A DNA stretch of 37,934 bases from Chthoniobacterales bacterium (GCA_025980625.1 JAICXG010000001.1:1-37934), one strand, 5' to 3'; shown: positions 9,382-17,935, counted from the first letter of the stretch. The notes: a model not told the origin generated them from the sequence alone. Translations and numbers: made by a program.

Positions 9382-9401
9382 TCGCTTTCGGTTTCGACGG
9401 T

Positions 9402-11009
9402 TCACTCGCATTCGCAGACAACCCGGAACCCGAGATCGTTGCAGGAAAAACTCGGCACGTTCGCGCCCCGGGTCGTCGCGCGCAGGCTGTTGAAGCGCGA
9501 TTTCCAACTCCCGCCGCGATAGACGCGCTTTGCGCCGGAGTTGGCGCCGCGGGGATTCACCTTCGGTTTCCCTTTGTAGGCTTCGAGAAAATCCGAGCAC
9601 CATTCCCAGATATTTCCAGCCATGTCTTCCACGCCGAACGGGCTCGCACCGCGCGGGAATGAACCGATGGGCGCGGTCTCGGCGAAGCCGTCATCGATCT
9701 CGCTGTCGCTCCAGGCAAAGCTGGTATTGCGATCGGCAAAATTTGCCAGGTCGCCGCGATTCTCTTCGCTGCCCCAGGGATATTTGCGACCGTCGGAGCC
9801 GCGCGCAGCATATTCCCATTCCGCTTCTGTGGGCAATCGATAGCGTCGCCGTTCGCGTGCGCTGAGCCACTGACAAAATTTCGCCGCTTCGCTGCTGCTC
9901 ACGTAAACCACCGGATGCCGATCTCCTGCACTGAGCATGCGTTTGCGGAGGTGGCTCGGGTCAAACATCTCGTACTGCACGTTTGTGATCGGATGTCGCG
10001 CAATATAATAGCGGCTGAGCGTGACCTGGGTTAGCGGACGCTCGTTAGGCGCGGCATCGCGCTGCTCGCTCCCCATTTCGAAAACACCCGAAGGCACGAG
10101 CAACATTTCCACGCCGATACTGCTGACGAAGTTCGGGTATTTCGCCCGATCGGCACTCGGATCAATTTTCGGCAGCGTGGAGACAGCGTTGCCATTGGAC
10201 GATCCCGTCGGTGCTTTCGACACGATGATTGCACTGGGTTTGGGCGGAGGTGGCGGCGCGTTCCTGGCTTCGATCTCGTCAAGGTAAAGATCGACCATAT
10301 CTTCGGCGTCGGAGGGGGCAATCCCAAGGTTCTCCGCCATGTTGATAAATGCGTCGCGCTGGTCGTCGGTCATGTCGTCCGCGTCGAGGCCGCTCAGGCG
10401 GAGCATACGCAGGAAATCCGCGTTCGGATCCAGCGGCGCGGATTGTTGCTCGGCCGCGGCTGCGCTGGTCGGGACCGATTCGTCCGCGCTGGGCGGCATC
10501 GCGCGGGCGGCGCCGGTGCGCTCCATTCCGGTCTCGATTAAGTCCAGCATGCGCTCGTCGCTCAGCCCACGGTCGCGGCCAAGCTCGAGCAAGCTCTCTT
10601 CTTCCTGCGGCGTGAGTGTTTTATCGCTCAGCGCAAAGGCGAGATATTTGTTAAATTCAGCCAGCGCCTCCTGCTCTGCCTCGGCAGCGAGTTGTGCATC
10701 AACCTGTTCGCGGCGCTCAGGATCAAGTAATTCGACCCGTGCTTCGGTGAGAAAGCGCGACGATTCATCCAGCCCGGAGCGCAAAAGCTGCGCAAGCGGA
10801 TTACTCGGCTGGTTCTTGAGCGGCAGCTTTTTCTGCCACCAAAGGAGGAGCGTGCGAAAATGCTCTTCGATCAGCTCGTTGCTCGGATTGGCTCGCGGAT
10901 CGAGGCAGAGACGCTCGTACGGGTTGGGCGAGTTGTAGCGGCTCCAGCCGTCCCACTTCCGTGGATCATCCGGCAACGGCAGCGGAAAGGTTGCCGTGGG
11001 CTGGAGCAT
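9402..11009 (-). CDS. J-like / FGE (SUMF1)-fold domain protein, partner of the adjacent Hsp70
   Basis: The C-terminal ~250 aa matches the formylglycine-generating-enzyme fold (RHPITNVQYEMF, PVVYVSSSEAAKFCQWL, YRLPTEAEWEYAARG, GNIWEWCSD, VYRGGSW, DLGFRVV). The N-terminus resembles J-domain helices but has no HPD. The start codon is 1 nt after the Hsp70 stop. Confidence 0.8.
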   Translation of the reverse strand: MLQPTATFPLPLPDDPRKWDGWSRYNSPNPYERLCLDPRANPSNELIEEHFRTLLLWWQKKLPLKNQPSNPLAQLLRSGLDESSRFLTEARVELLDPERREQVDAQLAAEAEQEALAEFNKYLAFALSDKTLTPQEEESLLELGRDRGLSDERMLDLIETGMERTGAARAMPPSADESVPTSAAAAEQQSAPLDPNADFLRMLRLSGLDADDMTDDQRDAFINMAENLGIAPSDAEDMVDLYLDEIEARNAPPPPPKPSAIIVSKAPTGSSNGNAVSTLPKIDPSADRAKYPNFVSSIGVEMLLVPSGVFEMGSEQRDAAPNERPLTQVTLSRYYIARHPITNVQYEMFDPSHLRKRMLSAGDRHPVVYVSSSEAAKFCQWLSARERRRYRLPTEAEWEYAARGSDGRKYPWGSEENRGDLANFADRNTSFAWSDSEIDDGFAETAPIGSFPRGASPFGVEDMAGNIWEWCSDFLEAYKGKPKVNPRGANSGAKRVYRGGSWKSRFNSLRATTRGANVPSFSCNDLGFRVVCECE

Positions 11010-11010
11010 C

Positions 11011-12573
11011 TCAAACGACGCTCAGTTGTCCCAAAGCAAGGGCTGCTCGATCCAGTTCCGATTCGGAAAGACCGGTCTTGCGCTCGATCGAGACCGAGGC
11101 GCGATTCCCGCAGGCTTCCACCTGCACTTCCAGTACCTGATTGTTGTTGTACTCGTAGGTGAGCTCGACCGGCGAACCTTTGGGTAAGAATGGCGGCAAC
11201 TCGACGTCGCAAATCCCGAGCGGCGTGCATTCCTGCGGGAGCGAACTCTCGCCCTCCACCACTCGGACAATGGCGCGCTGCATGTTGGCCGTCGCTGTGC
11301 CGAAGGAATTTTTCACCACCGCTGGCATCGGCGTCATCTTCTTAATCATCGGGAAGACGTACTCTTCGAGGTGCGTCTCATCCCAGAGGACGACGCCGAG
11401 TGTGTGCGAAGTAATATTTCGCACCTGAATGAGGCCGCCTTCCCGTGAGGAAAATTGCTGGCGCGTTTCCGGCGGAAGCATTCTCTCGCCAGTTTCCTGT
11501 TCCTCATGGAGGAGCGACAACACCGCTTGGATCGCCGCACCCATTGCGACCGCTTCATCCGGGTTCACATCTTCGGCCAAAGGCACCGAGGAGAGTTCCG
11601 CGATCATGTTCCGCACCATCGGCATTCGCGTCATGCCGCCGACGAGGAGAATCTTGTTCACCTCGGACCAGCTCATCTTCGCCTCGTCCATCACGATTTC
11701 GCAGATCGCCTTGCACTTCTCGACAAGGTGCCGCGTCATCTTTTCAAATTCTTCCCGCGTCAGCTCGACCTTGATGCTTTTGCCGTTATGGCTGTGCACG
11801 ATCGTCGTCCGCTCGCGGCTGGAGAGCTGGATCTTGGCGGCGAGCGCGCGGCTTTGCAGGTCCTGGTAACTCTGCAGATCGAGTAATGGATTTTCTCCAT
11901 GCGCGCGGTCGAACTCTTCCGCGACATGATTTACCAGAGTGTCGTCCCAGTCTTTACCGCCGAGGCGATGGTCGCCGTTCGTCGCCACCATCTCGAGTCG
12001 ATGGCCTTGGATGCGCATGACGGTGACGTCGAAGGTGCCGCCACCGAGGTCGAAGACGAACACCGTCTGGTCCTCGTCCAATTTATCGAGACCGTAAGCG
12101 AGCGCCGCCGCCGTCGGTTCGTTGATGATTTGCAGCACGTTGAGTCCTGCCAGCCGGCCGGCCGTGATCGTCGCCGTCCGCTCAGCATCGTTGAAGTACG
12201 CCGGAACTGTGATGACCGCGTCGGTGACCGGTGTTTTCAGATACTTCTGAGCGTCGCACTTCAGTTTTTTTAAAATGAGCGCGGAGAGTTCCTCGGCCGA
12301 ATATTTCGTTCCCCCAAATTCGCGATGGAATTGCTCCTTCGATTTGCCCACCTCGCGCTTTATGAAATCGACGATCTTCTCCGGCTCGGCGACGCTATTG
12401 TTCTTCGCGATCGTGCCGACGATCGCATTCGTGCCGTCGAAGAGAACAACCGACGGCGTGATCCGCTCGCTCTCCGAGTTCGGGATGATCTGCGGTTTTC
12501 CGTAAGAGTCGATGTGGGCGACGGCGGAAAAGGTCGTGCCGAGGTCGATTCCGACTGCTTTGCGATTGCTCAT
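11011..12573 (-). CDS. Hsp70-family ATPase, short form (no C-terminal helical lid)
   Basis: Actin-fold Hsp70 motifs are present: VGIDLGTTFSAVA, ITVPAYFNDAER, INEPTAAALAYG, FDLGGGTFDVTV, LVGGMTRMPMV. At 520 aa it is well over 100 aa shorter than canonical DnaK. Confidence 0.9.
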   Translation of the reverse strand: MSNRKAVGIDLGTTFSAVAHIDSYGKPQIIPNSESERITPSVVLFDGTNAIVGTIAKNNSVAEPEKIVDFIKREVGKSKEQFHREFGGTKYSAEELSALILKKLKCDAQKYLKTPVTDAVITVPAYFNDAERTATITAGRLAGLNVLQIINEPTAAALAYGLDKLDEDQTVFVFDLGGGTFDVTVMRIQGHRLEMVATNGDHRLGGKDWDDTLVNHVAEEFDRAHGENPLLDLQSYQDLQSRALAAKIQLSSRERTTIVHSHNGKSIKVELTREEFEKMTRHLVEKCKAICEIVMDEAKMSWSEVNKILLVGGMTRMPMVRNMIAELSSVPLAEDVNPDEAVAMGAAIQAVLSLLHEEQETGERMLPPETRQQFSSREGGLIQVRNITSHTLGVVLWDETHLEEYVFPMIKKMTPMPAVVKNSFGTATANMQRAIVRVVEGESSLPQECTPLGICDVELPPFLPKGSPVELTYEYNNNQVLEVQVEACGNRASVSIERKTGLSESELDRAALALGQLSVV

Positions 12574-12691
12574 GTGAAGGTTCCTTGAATTCGTGCTTGG
12601 ATGCGTTTGCCCTCTAATGCAGTTTTCGTGCCCCAGACTGCGGAATTCTGCGCCGCAATTTGCGGCGCTGCGGGACTCCTCGCCGCTTTGC

Positions 12692-13357
12692 CTAACGAAA
12701 GCGCCTGGCGACTACTTCTTCCGGGCGAAGCAGCGTGCCGCGCCAGGTGAATCCACGCTTCAGCCGCTGCACAATCCGCCCATCTTCTTCCGGCGATTCC
12801 GCCGATTCAAAGGAGATCACTCGATGCACGGTGCGATCGACTGTTTCCTGCTCCTCGATTTCATTCACTTCGAGGCGGCGCAGCATTTCGAGCAGGAAAT
12901 GGAGCACGTTGGCGAGATTGTTCCGGGCCTGTGCCTCCTCGGCTTCCCCCTCTCCGCTCGGCGTCGCCTGGCTGGATCGAGCTGCGATTGCGCTCAGATC
13001 ATCGAAAAGCACGAGCAGATCGCGAATCACCGGCTTCTGCAGCGATTCGCGCACGAAATTGTCGCGATAACTGATCAACTCACGATGAAGCGAATCGAAA
13101 AGCTTTTGATTAACCGATTCTGTCTCGCGCAGTGCCGTGAGCTGCGCTTCGATTTTCTGAAAATGCGTCGCCTCGAAATTGCGCACCACGCTTTCTTCGA
13201 CCGCCTCGAGGCGCTGCCCTAACGAATGGACTGCGCTCAGCAGGGCGGTGATCCCGGAGGTCACCCGCTCGTCCGAGCTCAGCGGCGGCGCGGGCGCGGC
13301 TTCCGCACTCAAACCTTGCATCATGAGCGCAAACTCGGGCTCGTCTGTTTCCGTCAT
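12692..13357 (-). CDS. GrpE-like nucleotide exchange factor (divergent)
   Basis: A coiled-coil N-terminal half is followed by a GrpE-like pattern (FDSLHRELISYRDNFVRES, VIRDLLVLFDDL, LEMLRRLEVNEIE, VQRLKRGFTWRGTLLRPEEVV). It lies directly upstream of the Hsp70 gene. ATGA overlap with the upstream cobA/hemD stop. Confidence 0.6.
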   Translation of the reverse strand: MTETDEPEFALMMQGLSAEAAPAPPLSSDERVTSGITALLSAVHSLGQRLEAVEESVVRNFEATHFQKIEAQLTALRETESVNQKLFDSLHRELISYRDNFVRESLQKPVIRDLLVLFDDLSAIAARSSQATPSGEGEAEEAQARNNLANVLHFLLEMLRRLEVNEIEEQETVDRTVHRVISFESAESPEEDGRIVQRLKRGFTWRGTLLRPEEVVARRFR

Positions 13358-14886
13358 CGCTGCTCCCGTGACGCGAAATGCCGCCGGATCGCCTCGGCCA
13401 GACCGGCAATGTCGTGCTGCGAGGCTTCGACTGCGATCGTTAGGCCACGGGCTCGCGCGGTCTGCGACGTGATCGGTCCGATGCTGGCGACTTCCATCCC
13501 GCGCGGCCAGGGGAGGCCGAGGGCCAGAAAATTTTCCACCGTCGATGAGCTCGTAAAGGTGATCATATCCGCGCCTTCCGCCACCAAACGTGACTTTGCC
13601 GCCGTGCGGTCGCTCGTTTCCGCAACCGTTCGGTAGGCAAAGGCAACGTCGACAATTGCGCCCAGCGCTCCGAGTTCCTTTGGTAGCAGGTCGCGCGCCT
13701 CCTCCGCCCGCGCGATCAAAATCTTGAGATTTTCAAGGTCGCCTTCCTTTTTAAATTCGCGCACCACTGCCTCGGCCACGAACTCTTCAGGTTGCAGATC
13801 CACCTTTAGGTGAAAATCCCGGACTCGCTGCGCCGTCGCCGGACCGATCGCAGCGATACGCGCCGCGCCGATTTCGCGCGCGTCGTCGTAAAGCTTGTAA
13901 AACATTTCGAAGAACGCGGTCACGCCATTCGGGCTCGTGAAGACAATCCAATCGTAGCTGTGCGCGTCCTGCACCAGTTCGGCAAAAGCGCGCAGGTCGC
14001 TCGGCGGTTCGATCCGAATCGTCGGCAGTTCGATGATATCGGCGCCGAGCGAACGCAGTTGCTTACTCAGCGCGCCGGCTTGTTTGCGCGTCCGGGTGAC
14101 CACGATGCGCTTGCCCGCGAGCGGGCGTTCGGCGTGCCAGTTCAATTCCTCCCCTAACGACACAACTTCGCCGAAAATCGCCACCGCCGGCGGAGCGAAA
14201 GCAGTTTCCGCAACCCGTTGCGCGATATTTTCCAACGTGCCGCGCACCGTCTCCTGGCGTCCAGTCGTTCCCCAACGCACCAGCGCCACCGGCAGGTCGC
14301 GCCGGACGCCGTGCTCAATCATTTGCCCGGCGATCGCGTCAATCCGCTCCACCCCCATCAGCATCACCTGAGTGCCGCCAAGTTTTGCCAGCGCTGCAAA
14401 GTCGATCCCGCTCTCTGTCTTCTCCGGGTCTTCGTGTCCGGTGAAAATTGTGACGTGTGAAGTGAGCCCGCGATGTGTCACCGGAATGCCGGCGTACGCC
14501 GGAGCGGCGATCGCGGAAGTGACGCCGGGGACAACTTCGAACGGAATTCCTGCCGCGACCAACGTCTGCGCCTCCTCGCCGCCGCGCCCAAATAGAAATG
14601 GATCGCCACCTTTCAGCCTAACGACGGTTTTCCCGGCACGCGCCTTTTCGACAAGCAGCGCGTCAATTTGATCCTGCGTCAGCGTGTGCTTGCCAGCTTG
14701 TTTGCCCGCGTAGATGATCTCTGCGTGCTCCGGCGTCCATTTTAGCATTTCGGGATTGCACAGATAATCATACACGACCACGTCAGCCTGTTCGATCAGT
14801 TGCATTGCGCGCAAGGTGACAAGCCCGAGATCGCCCGGGCCGGCGCCCACGAGGTAACAACGGCCGGGTTTCCTGTTATCTGCCAT
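13354..14886 (-). CDS. Bifunctional uroporphyrinogen-III C-methyltransferase / uroporphyrinogen-III synthase (CobA-HemD fusion)
   Basis: The N-terminal half is SUMT-like (YLVGAGPGDLGLVTLRAMQLIEQADVVVYD, VVRLKGGDPFLFGRGGEE, VPGVTSAIAAPAYAGIP). The C-terminal ~250 aa is HemD-like. It sits in a heme operon. Confidence 0.85.
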   Translation of the reverse strand: MADNRKPGRCYLVGAGPGDLGLVTLRAMQLIEQADVVVYDYLCNPEMLKWTPEHAEIIYAGKQAGKHTLTQDQIDALLVEKARAGKTVVRLKGGDPFLFGRGGEEAQTLVAAGIPFEVVPGVTSAIAAPAYAGIPVTHRGLTSHVTIFTGHEDPEKTESGIDFAALAKLGGTQVMLMGVERIDAIAGQMIEHGVRRDLPVALVRWGTTGRQETVRGTLENIAQRVAETAFAPPAVAIFGEVVSLGEELNWHAERPLAGKRIVVTRTRKQAGALSKQLRSLGADIIELPTIRIEPPSDLRAFAELVQDAHSYDWIVFTSPNGVTAFFEMFYKLYDDAREIGAARIAAIGPATAQRVRDFHLKVDLQPEEFVAEAVVREFKKEGDLENLKILIARAEEARDLLPKELGALGAIVDVAFAYRTVAETSDRTAAKSRLVAEGADMITFTSSSTVENFLALGLPWPRGMEVASIGPITSQTARARGLTIAVEASQHDIAGLAEAIRRHFASREQR

Positions 14887-15829
14887 AAAGTTGCTCGACC
14901 AATTTCACTGCAACTCGTTCCGGATCTTCCCTTGGACCTGCGGCCGTGCCGACGTGCGGCGCGGACTTGTCGGTCGCGAAAACCTGGGCGCACAATGTCA
15001 GTTCCGCATCTTCAATTCTGGCGCGCACTCCGACTGGCGAATCGCAATCTCCATGTAATAACCGCAGAAACTCGCGTTCGGCGCGCAGGCAAAGGTGGGT
15101 CACACGATCGTCCACCGCCGCGACCAAACGCTGCGCACGGCGATCGTCTCGTCGCACTTGCAGCGCGATGATCCCCTGCCCTCCCGCAGGAACAAAATCA
15201 TCCTGCGAAAGAATCTCAGCTTTGTAAGGCAACCACTCCGCTTGCCCTGTCGGTGGGCGGAGCGCCTGCTCAGCAATTTCGATCCCCAGCCGCTCCAGGC
15301 CGGCGCGCGCGAGAATGATCCCGCTCCAGCTTTCATTCTCTCGCAACTTGCGGAGGCGCGTTGGGACGTTCCCACGCAAACCCACGATTTGCAGATCGGG
15401 ACGCTGCCAGGCGAGCTGGCGTTGTCGTCGAATGCTGCCGGTCGCGATCGTCGCGCCCGTTCCTAAACTCGTTAGGCCAACACCATTCTTCGTAATCAGA
15501 ACATCCTCCGTTTTGGCGCGCGGCAGCACGCCCGCGATTTGCAGTTCCTCTTCCGATTGGCTCGGCAAATCCTTTGCGCTGTGCACTGCGAGGTCGATTC
15601 GCCTAACGATGAGCTCCTTCTCGATCTCGCGCGTGAACAATCCCTTGCGTCCCGCGTTGCGGTCAACGATCACCGCCGGCTTTGTCCCTTCATCGCCGCT
15701 CGTCCGGATGATCTCGATCCTAACCTCCAATTCCGGCCAGCCCCGGCGCAGCGACTGTTCGACCAGCCGCGTCTGGGCGAGCGCGAGATCGCTCCCGCGC
15801 GACCCGAGGATGATGCGCTCCGCACCCAC
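14876..15829 (-). CDS. hemC: Hydroxymethylbilane synthase (porphobilinogen deaminase)
   Basis: ILGSRGSDLALAQT, VRIEIIRTSGD, LVHSAKDLP-type motif (AVHSAKDLP), RGNVPTRLRKL, and the cofactor Cys region LHGDCDSPVG. GTG start directly abuts the hemA stop. Confidence 0.9.
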   Translation of the reverse strand: MGAERIILGSRGSDLALAQTRLVEQSLRRGWPELEVRIEIIRTSGDEGTKPAVIVDRNAGRKGLFTREIEKELIVRRIDLAVHSAKDLPSQSEEELQIAGVLPRAKTEDVLITKNGVGLTSLGTGATIATGSIRRQRQLAWQRPDLQIVGLRGNVPTRLRKLRENESWSGIILARAGLERLGIEIAEQALRPPTGQAEWLPYKAEILSQDDFVPAGGQGIIALQVRRDDRRAQRLVAAVDDRVTHLCLRAEREFLRLLHGDCDSPVGVRARIEDAELTLCAQVFATDKSAPHVGTAAGPREDPERVAVKLVEQLYGR

Positions 15830-16879
15830 TCAGGTTTCGGACGCGCGCAAAGATGATCCACCGAGCGGCCGCTCCGGTGCCGCGCTGAACCAGCCGCTGA
15901 AATCGTTAACGTGCTCGTCAATGATCTGCTCGGCCACATCCATCTGCTCGCGCCGGAGAGCGAGCGATTGCTGCGCGATGGATTGGAGCGAATCGATGTC
16001 GTAAAGGAATACACCCTGCATCTCGTTGACATCGGGGTCGACATCGCGCGGCACCGCGATATCGATAATGAACAGCGGGCGATCGAGCCGGTCGTGAATC
16101 AGCGGTCCCAGCCGTTCGCGAGTCAGCACCGGTCGCTGCGCAGCGGTCGAGGAAATGACAATGTCGACCTCGCGAAAATGTTGTTCCCATTCGTGCAATC
16201 GCACCGCGTAACCGCAGATCAGCGCCGCCAACGCCTGGGCCCTTTCCCAGGAACGATTCGTCACCCGAATGTCGCGCACCCCTCGTTTCACTAAAGCCCG
16301 CGCCGTTCGCTCGCTCGCCGCGCCCGCTCCGAGCAAAAGCACTTTGCGCGATTCGAAGTCGCCGAAAATCTTTTCCGCCAGATCGACTGCGACTGAGCCG
16401 ACCGAGACCGATCCGCGCGTGATTCCCGTGAGGGTCCGCACTTGTTTGGCCACACGAAATGCACGCTGGAAAAGCCGATGCAACAACGGGCCGGCCGCAC
16501 CCGAAGCACGGGCGGCTTCGTATGCTTTCTTCGTTTGCCCGAGGATCTCAGTCTCGCCGATGACCATCGAATCGAGACCCGAGGTGACGCGAAAAAGATG
16601 CTGCACACAGCGCCAGGCTTCATAGCGGTAAAAGGCGTTCAGTTCCTTCCCGATCTGGTCGATTCCGTGCGTGCAAAGGCATTGCACGATCCGCTCGCTC
16701 GGAATCATCTCCTCAGCGACGGCATAAACTTCCACCCGATTACAGGTCGTGAGAAAGAGCGCTTCGCGACAGCCGGCTTCTTCGCGCAGGATGCGATCGA
16801 TCCCGCCGTGCCCGACGAAACGCTCCCGGGTTTCCACCTCTGCGGTATGATGACTGATGCCGAGGCAAAAGAGATTCAT
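15830..16879 (-). CDS. hemA: Glutamyl-tRNA reductase
   Basis: MNLFCLGISHHTAEVETRERF, TCNRVEVY (catalytic Cys), LFRVTSGLDSMVIGETEILGQ, and the NADPH-binding stretch VLLLGAGAASE. Start at ATG 16879 (ATGA overlap with the upstream gene). The longer ORF to 17122 is an upstream read-through. Confidence 0.9.
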   Translation of the reverse strand: MNLFCLGISHHTAEVETRERFVGHGGIDRILREEAGCREALFLTTCNRVEVYAVAEEMIPSERIVQCLCTHGIDQIGKELNAFYRYEAWRCVQHLFRVTSGLDSMVIGETEILGQTKKAYEAARASGAAGPLLHRLFQRAFRVAKQVRTLTGITRGSVSVGSVAVDLAEKIFGDFESRKVLLLGAGAASERTARALVKRGVRDIRVTNRSWERAQALAALICGYAVRLHEWEQHFREVDIVISSTAAQRPVLTRERLGPLIHDRLDRPLFIIDIAVPRDVDPDVNEMQGVFLYDIDSLQSIAQQSLALRREQMDVAEQIIDEHVNDFSGWFSAAPERPLGGSSLRASET

Positions 16880-17670
16880 CAGAGCGTCTTCGTCTGCCAG
16901 AGAAACGTAATGCCCCAGAGCACCGTTAAAGCTGCGCTGAACGCAAGCACACAGAGGCTGGCGATAGCTCGCGGCGCGGTCGTGCCGAGATGCCGCGCGA
17001 TTAGAATGGCTGCGTAAAAGATCCATACGCCTAACGACCAGGCGATTTTCACGTAGGGCAGCGGTTCTCCGGTCAAGAATCCGGTGACCAGCCCCACTGT
17101 CAGCAGAACAAAGCCGAGCCAAAGCAGCCGGGTTATCGCAGAGAACAGATCGGTCAAAGGCGGGAAATGATAGAACATCGAATTAATGCGGCGACGCTTG
17201 AGCTGTCGTTCTTGCACGAGATACATGATCCCGGCAATGCAGGCGAGGGCGAAAGCCCCGTACGCGACCAGCGAGATGGAGGCGTGCAATTCGAGCCATG
17301 GCGACGGCTCGTGCCGCATCAGCGGCGGTCGATCGATCGGTGCCAGCAGCGCGAAAGTCTGGAGAATGAAAACCAGCGGCGCGGTGAACGCGCCCATCAA
17401 AGACAAGCGGTAAGCCGGTCCGATCACCAGATAGATGAGCGAAACCGACCAGGCGAGAAAGATAAAGACTTCAAACAGGTTCGTGAGCGGACAGCGCCCA
17501 AGCGCATGCCCGCGGACGCTGAGAAACGCGGTCTGAAAAACGAACCCGAGCGCGATTGCAAAAAAATTGAGCCCAGCCGCCTGATAGTTTCGCGCCTGAA
17601 CGGAGAGCGCGGTGCGCACCATCGCGAAAAAGAAGCAGAGCGTGGAGAAAATCAGCAGCTCACGATCCAT
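16879..17670 (-). CDS. CcsA/HemX-like cytochrome c assembly family membrane protein
   Basis: Polytopic membrane protein with a Trp-rich CcsA-type segment (WLELHASISLVAYGAFA, AWSLGVWIFYAAIL). Its position next to hemA resembles hemX in hemAXCD operons. The start is uncertain: ATG 17670 is chosen, but the ORF is open to 17793. Confidence 0.6.
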   Translation of the reverse strand: MDRELLIFSTLCFFFAMVRTALSVQARNYQAAGLNFFAIALGFVFQTAFLSVRGHALGRCPLTNLFEVFIFLAWSVSLIYLVIGPAYRLSLMGAFTAPLVFILQTFALLAPIDRPPLMRHEPSPWLELHASISLVAYGAFALACIAGIMYLVQERQLKRRRINSMFYHFPPLTDLFSAITRLLWLGFVLLTVGLVTGFLTGEPLPYVKIAWSLGVWIFYAAILIARHLGTTAPRAIASLCVLAFSAALTVLWGITFLWQTKTL

Positions 17671-17927
17671 CCGAGGCAATGGTAAGAGCCGCTCCGCGGC
17701 TTGGCAAACCGGCTCCGCAGCAAGGCGCGCTTCCTGCTTTTTCTCAGCGACGAGATGAACACGTTGACGCGCAGGCGGGGCGGACACCGACACGCATCAT
17801 CCGAGATCGAAGCACTGCGCGCAGCGCTCGACCGGAAATACGCGCAAATGCGGTCACGTGCCGAAGCGGAATGGAAACGCCAGCATGCCGGCGCCGAAGC
17901 CAGCGACAGCTGCGTGCGGGTGCGAGT

Positions 17928-17935
17928 TCGTTAGG
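17928..17935 (-). repeat. Intergenic copy of the abundant 8-mer (TCGTTAGG on + strand)
   Basis: Exact match in the divergent region between the hemX-like gene and apt. It also forms the CGT-TAG end of a possible small ORF. Confidence 0.9.
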
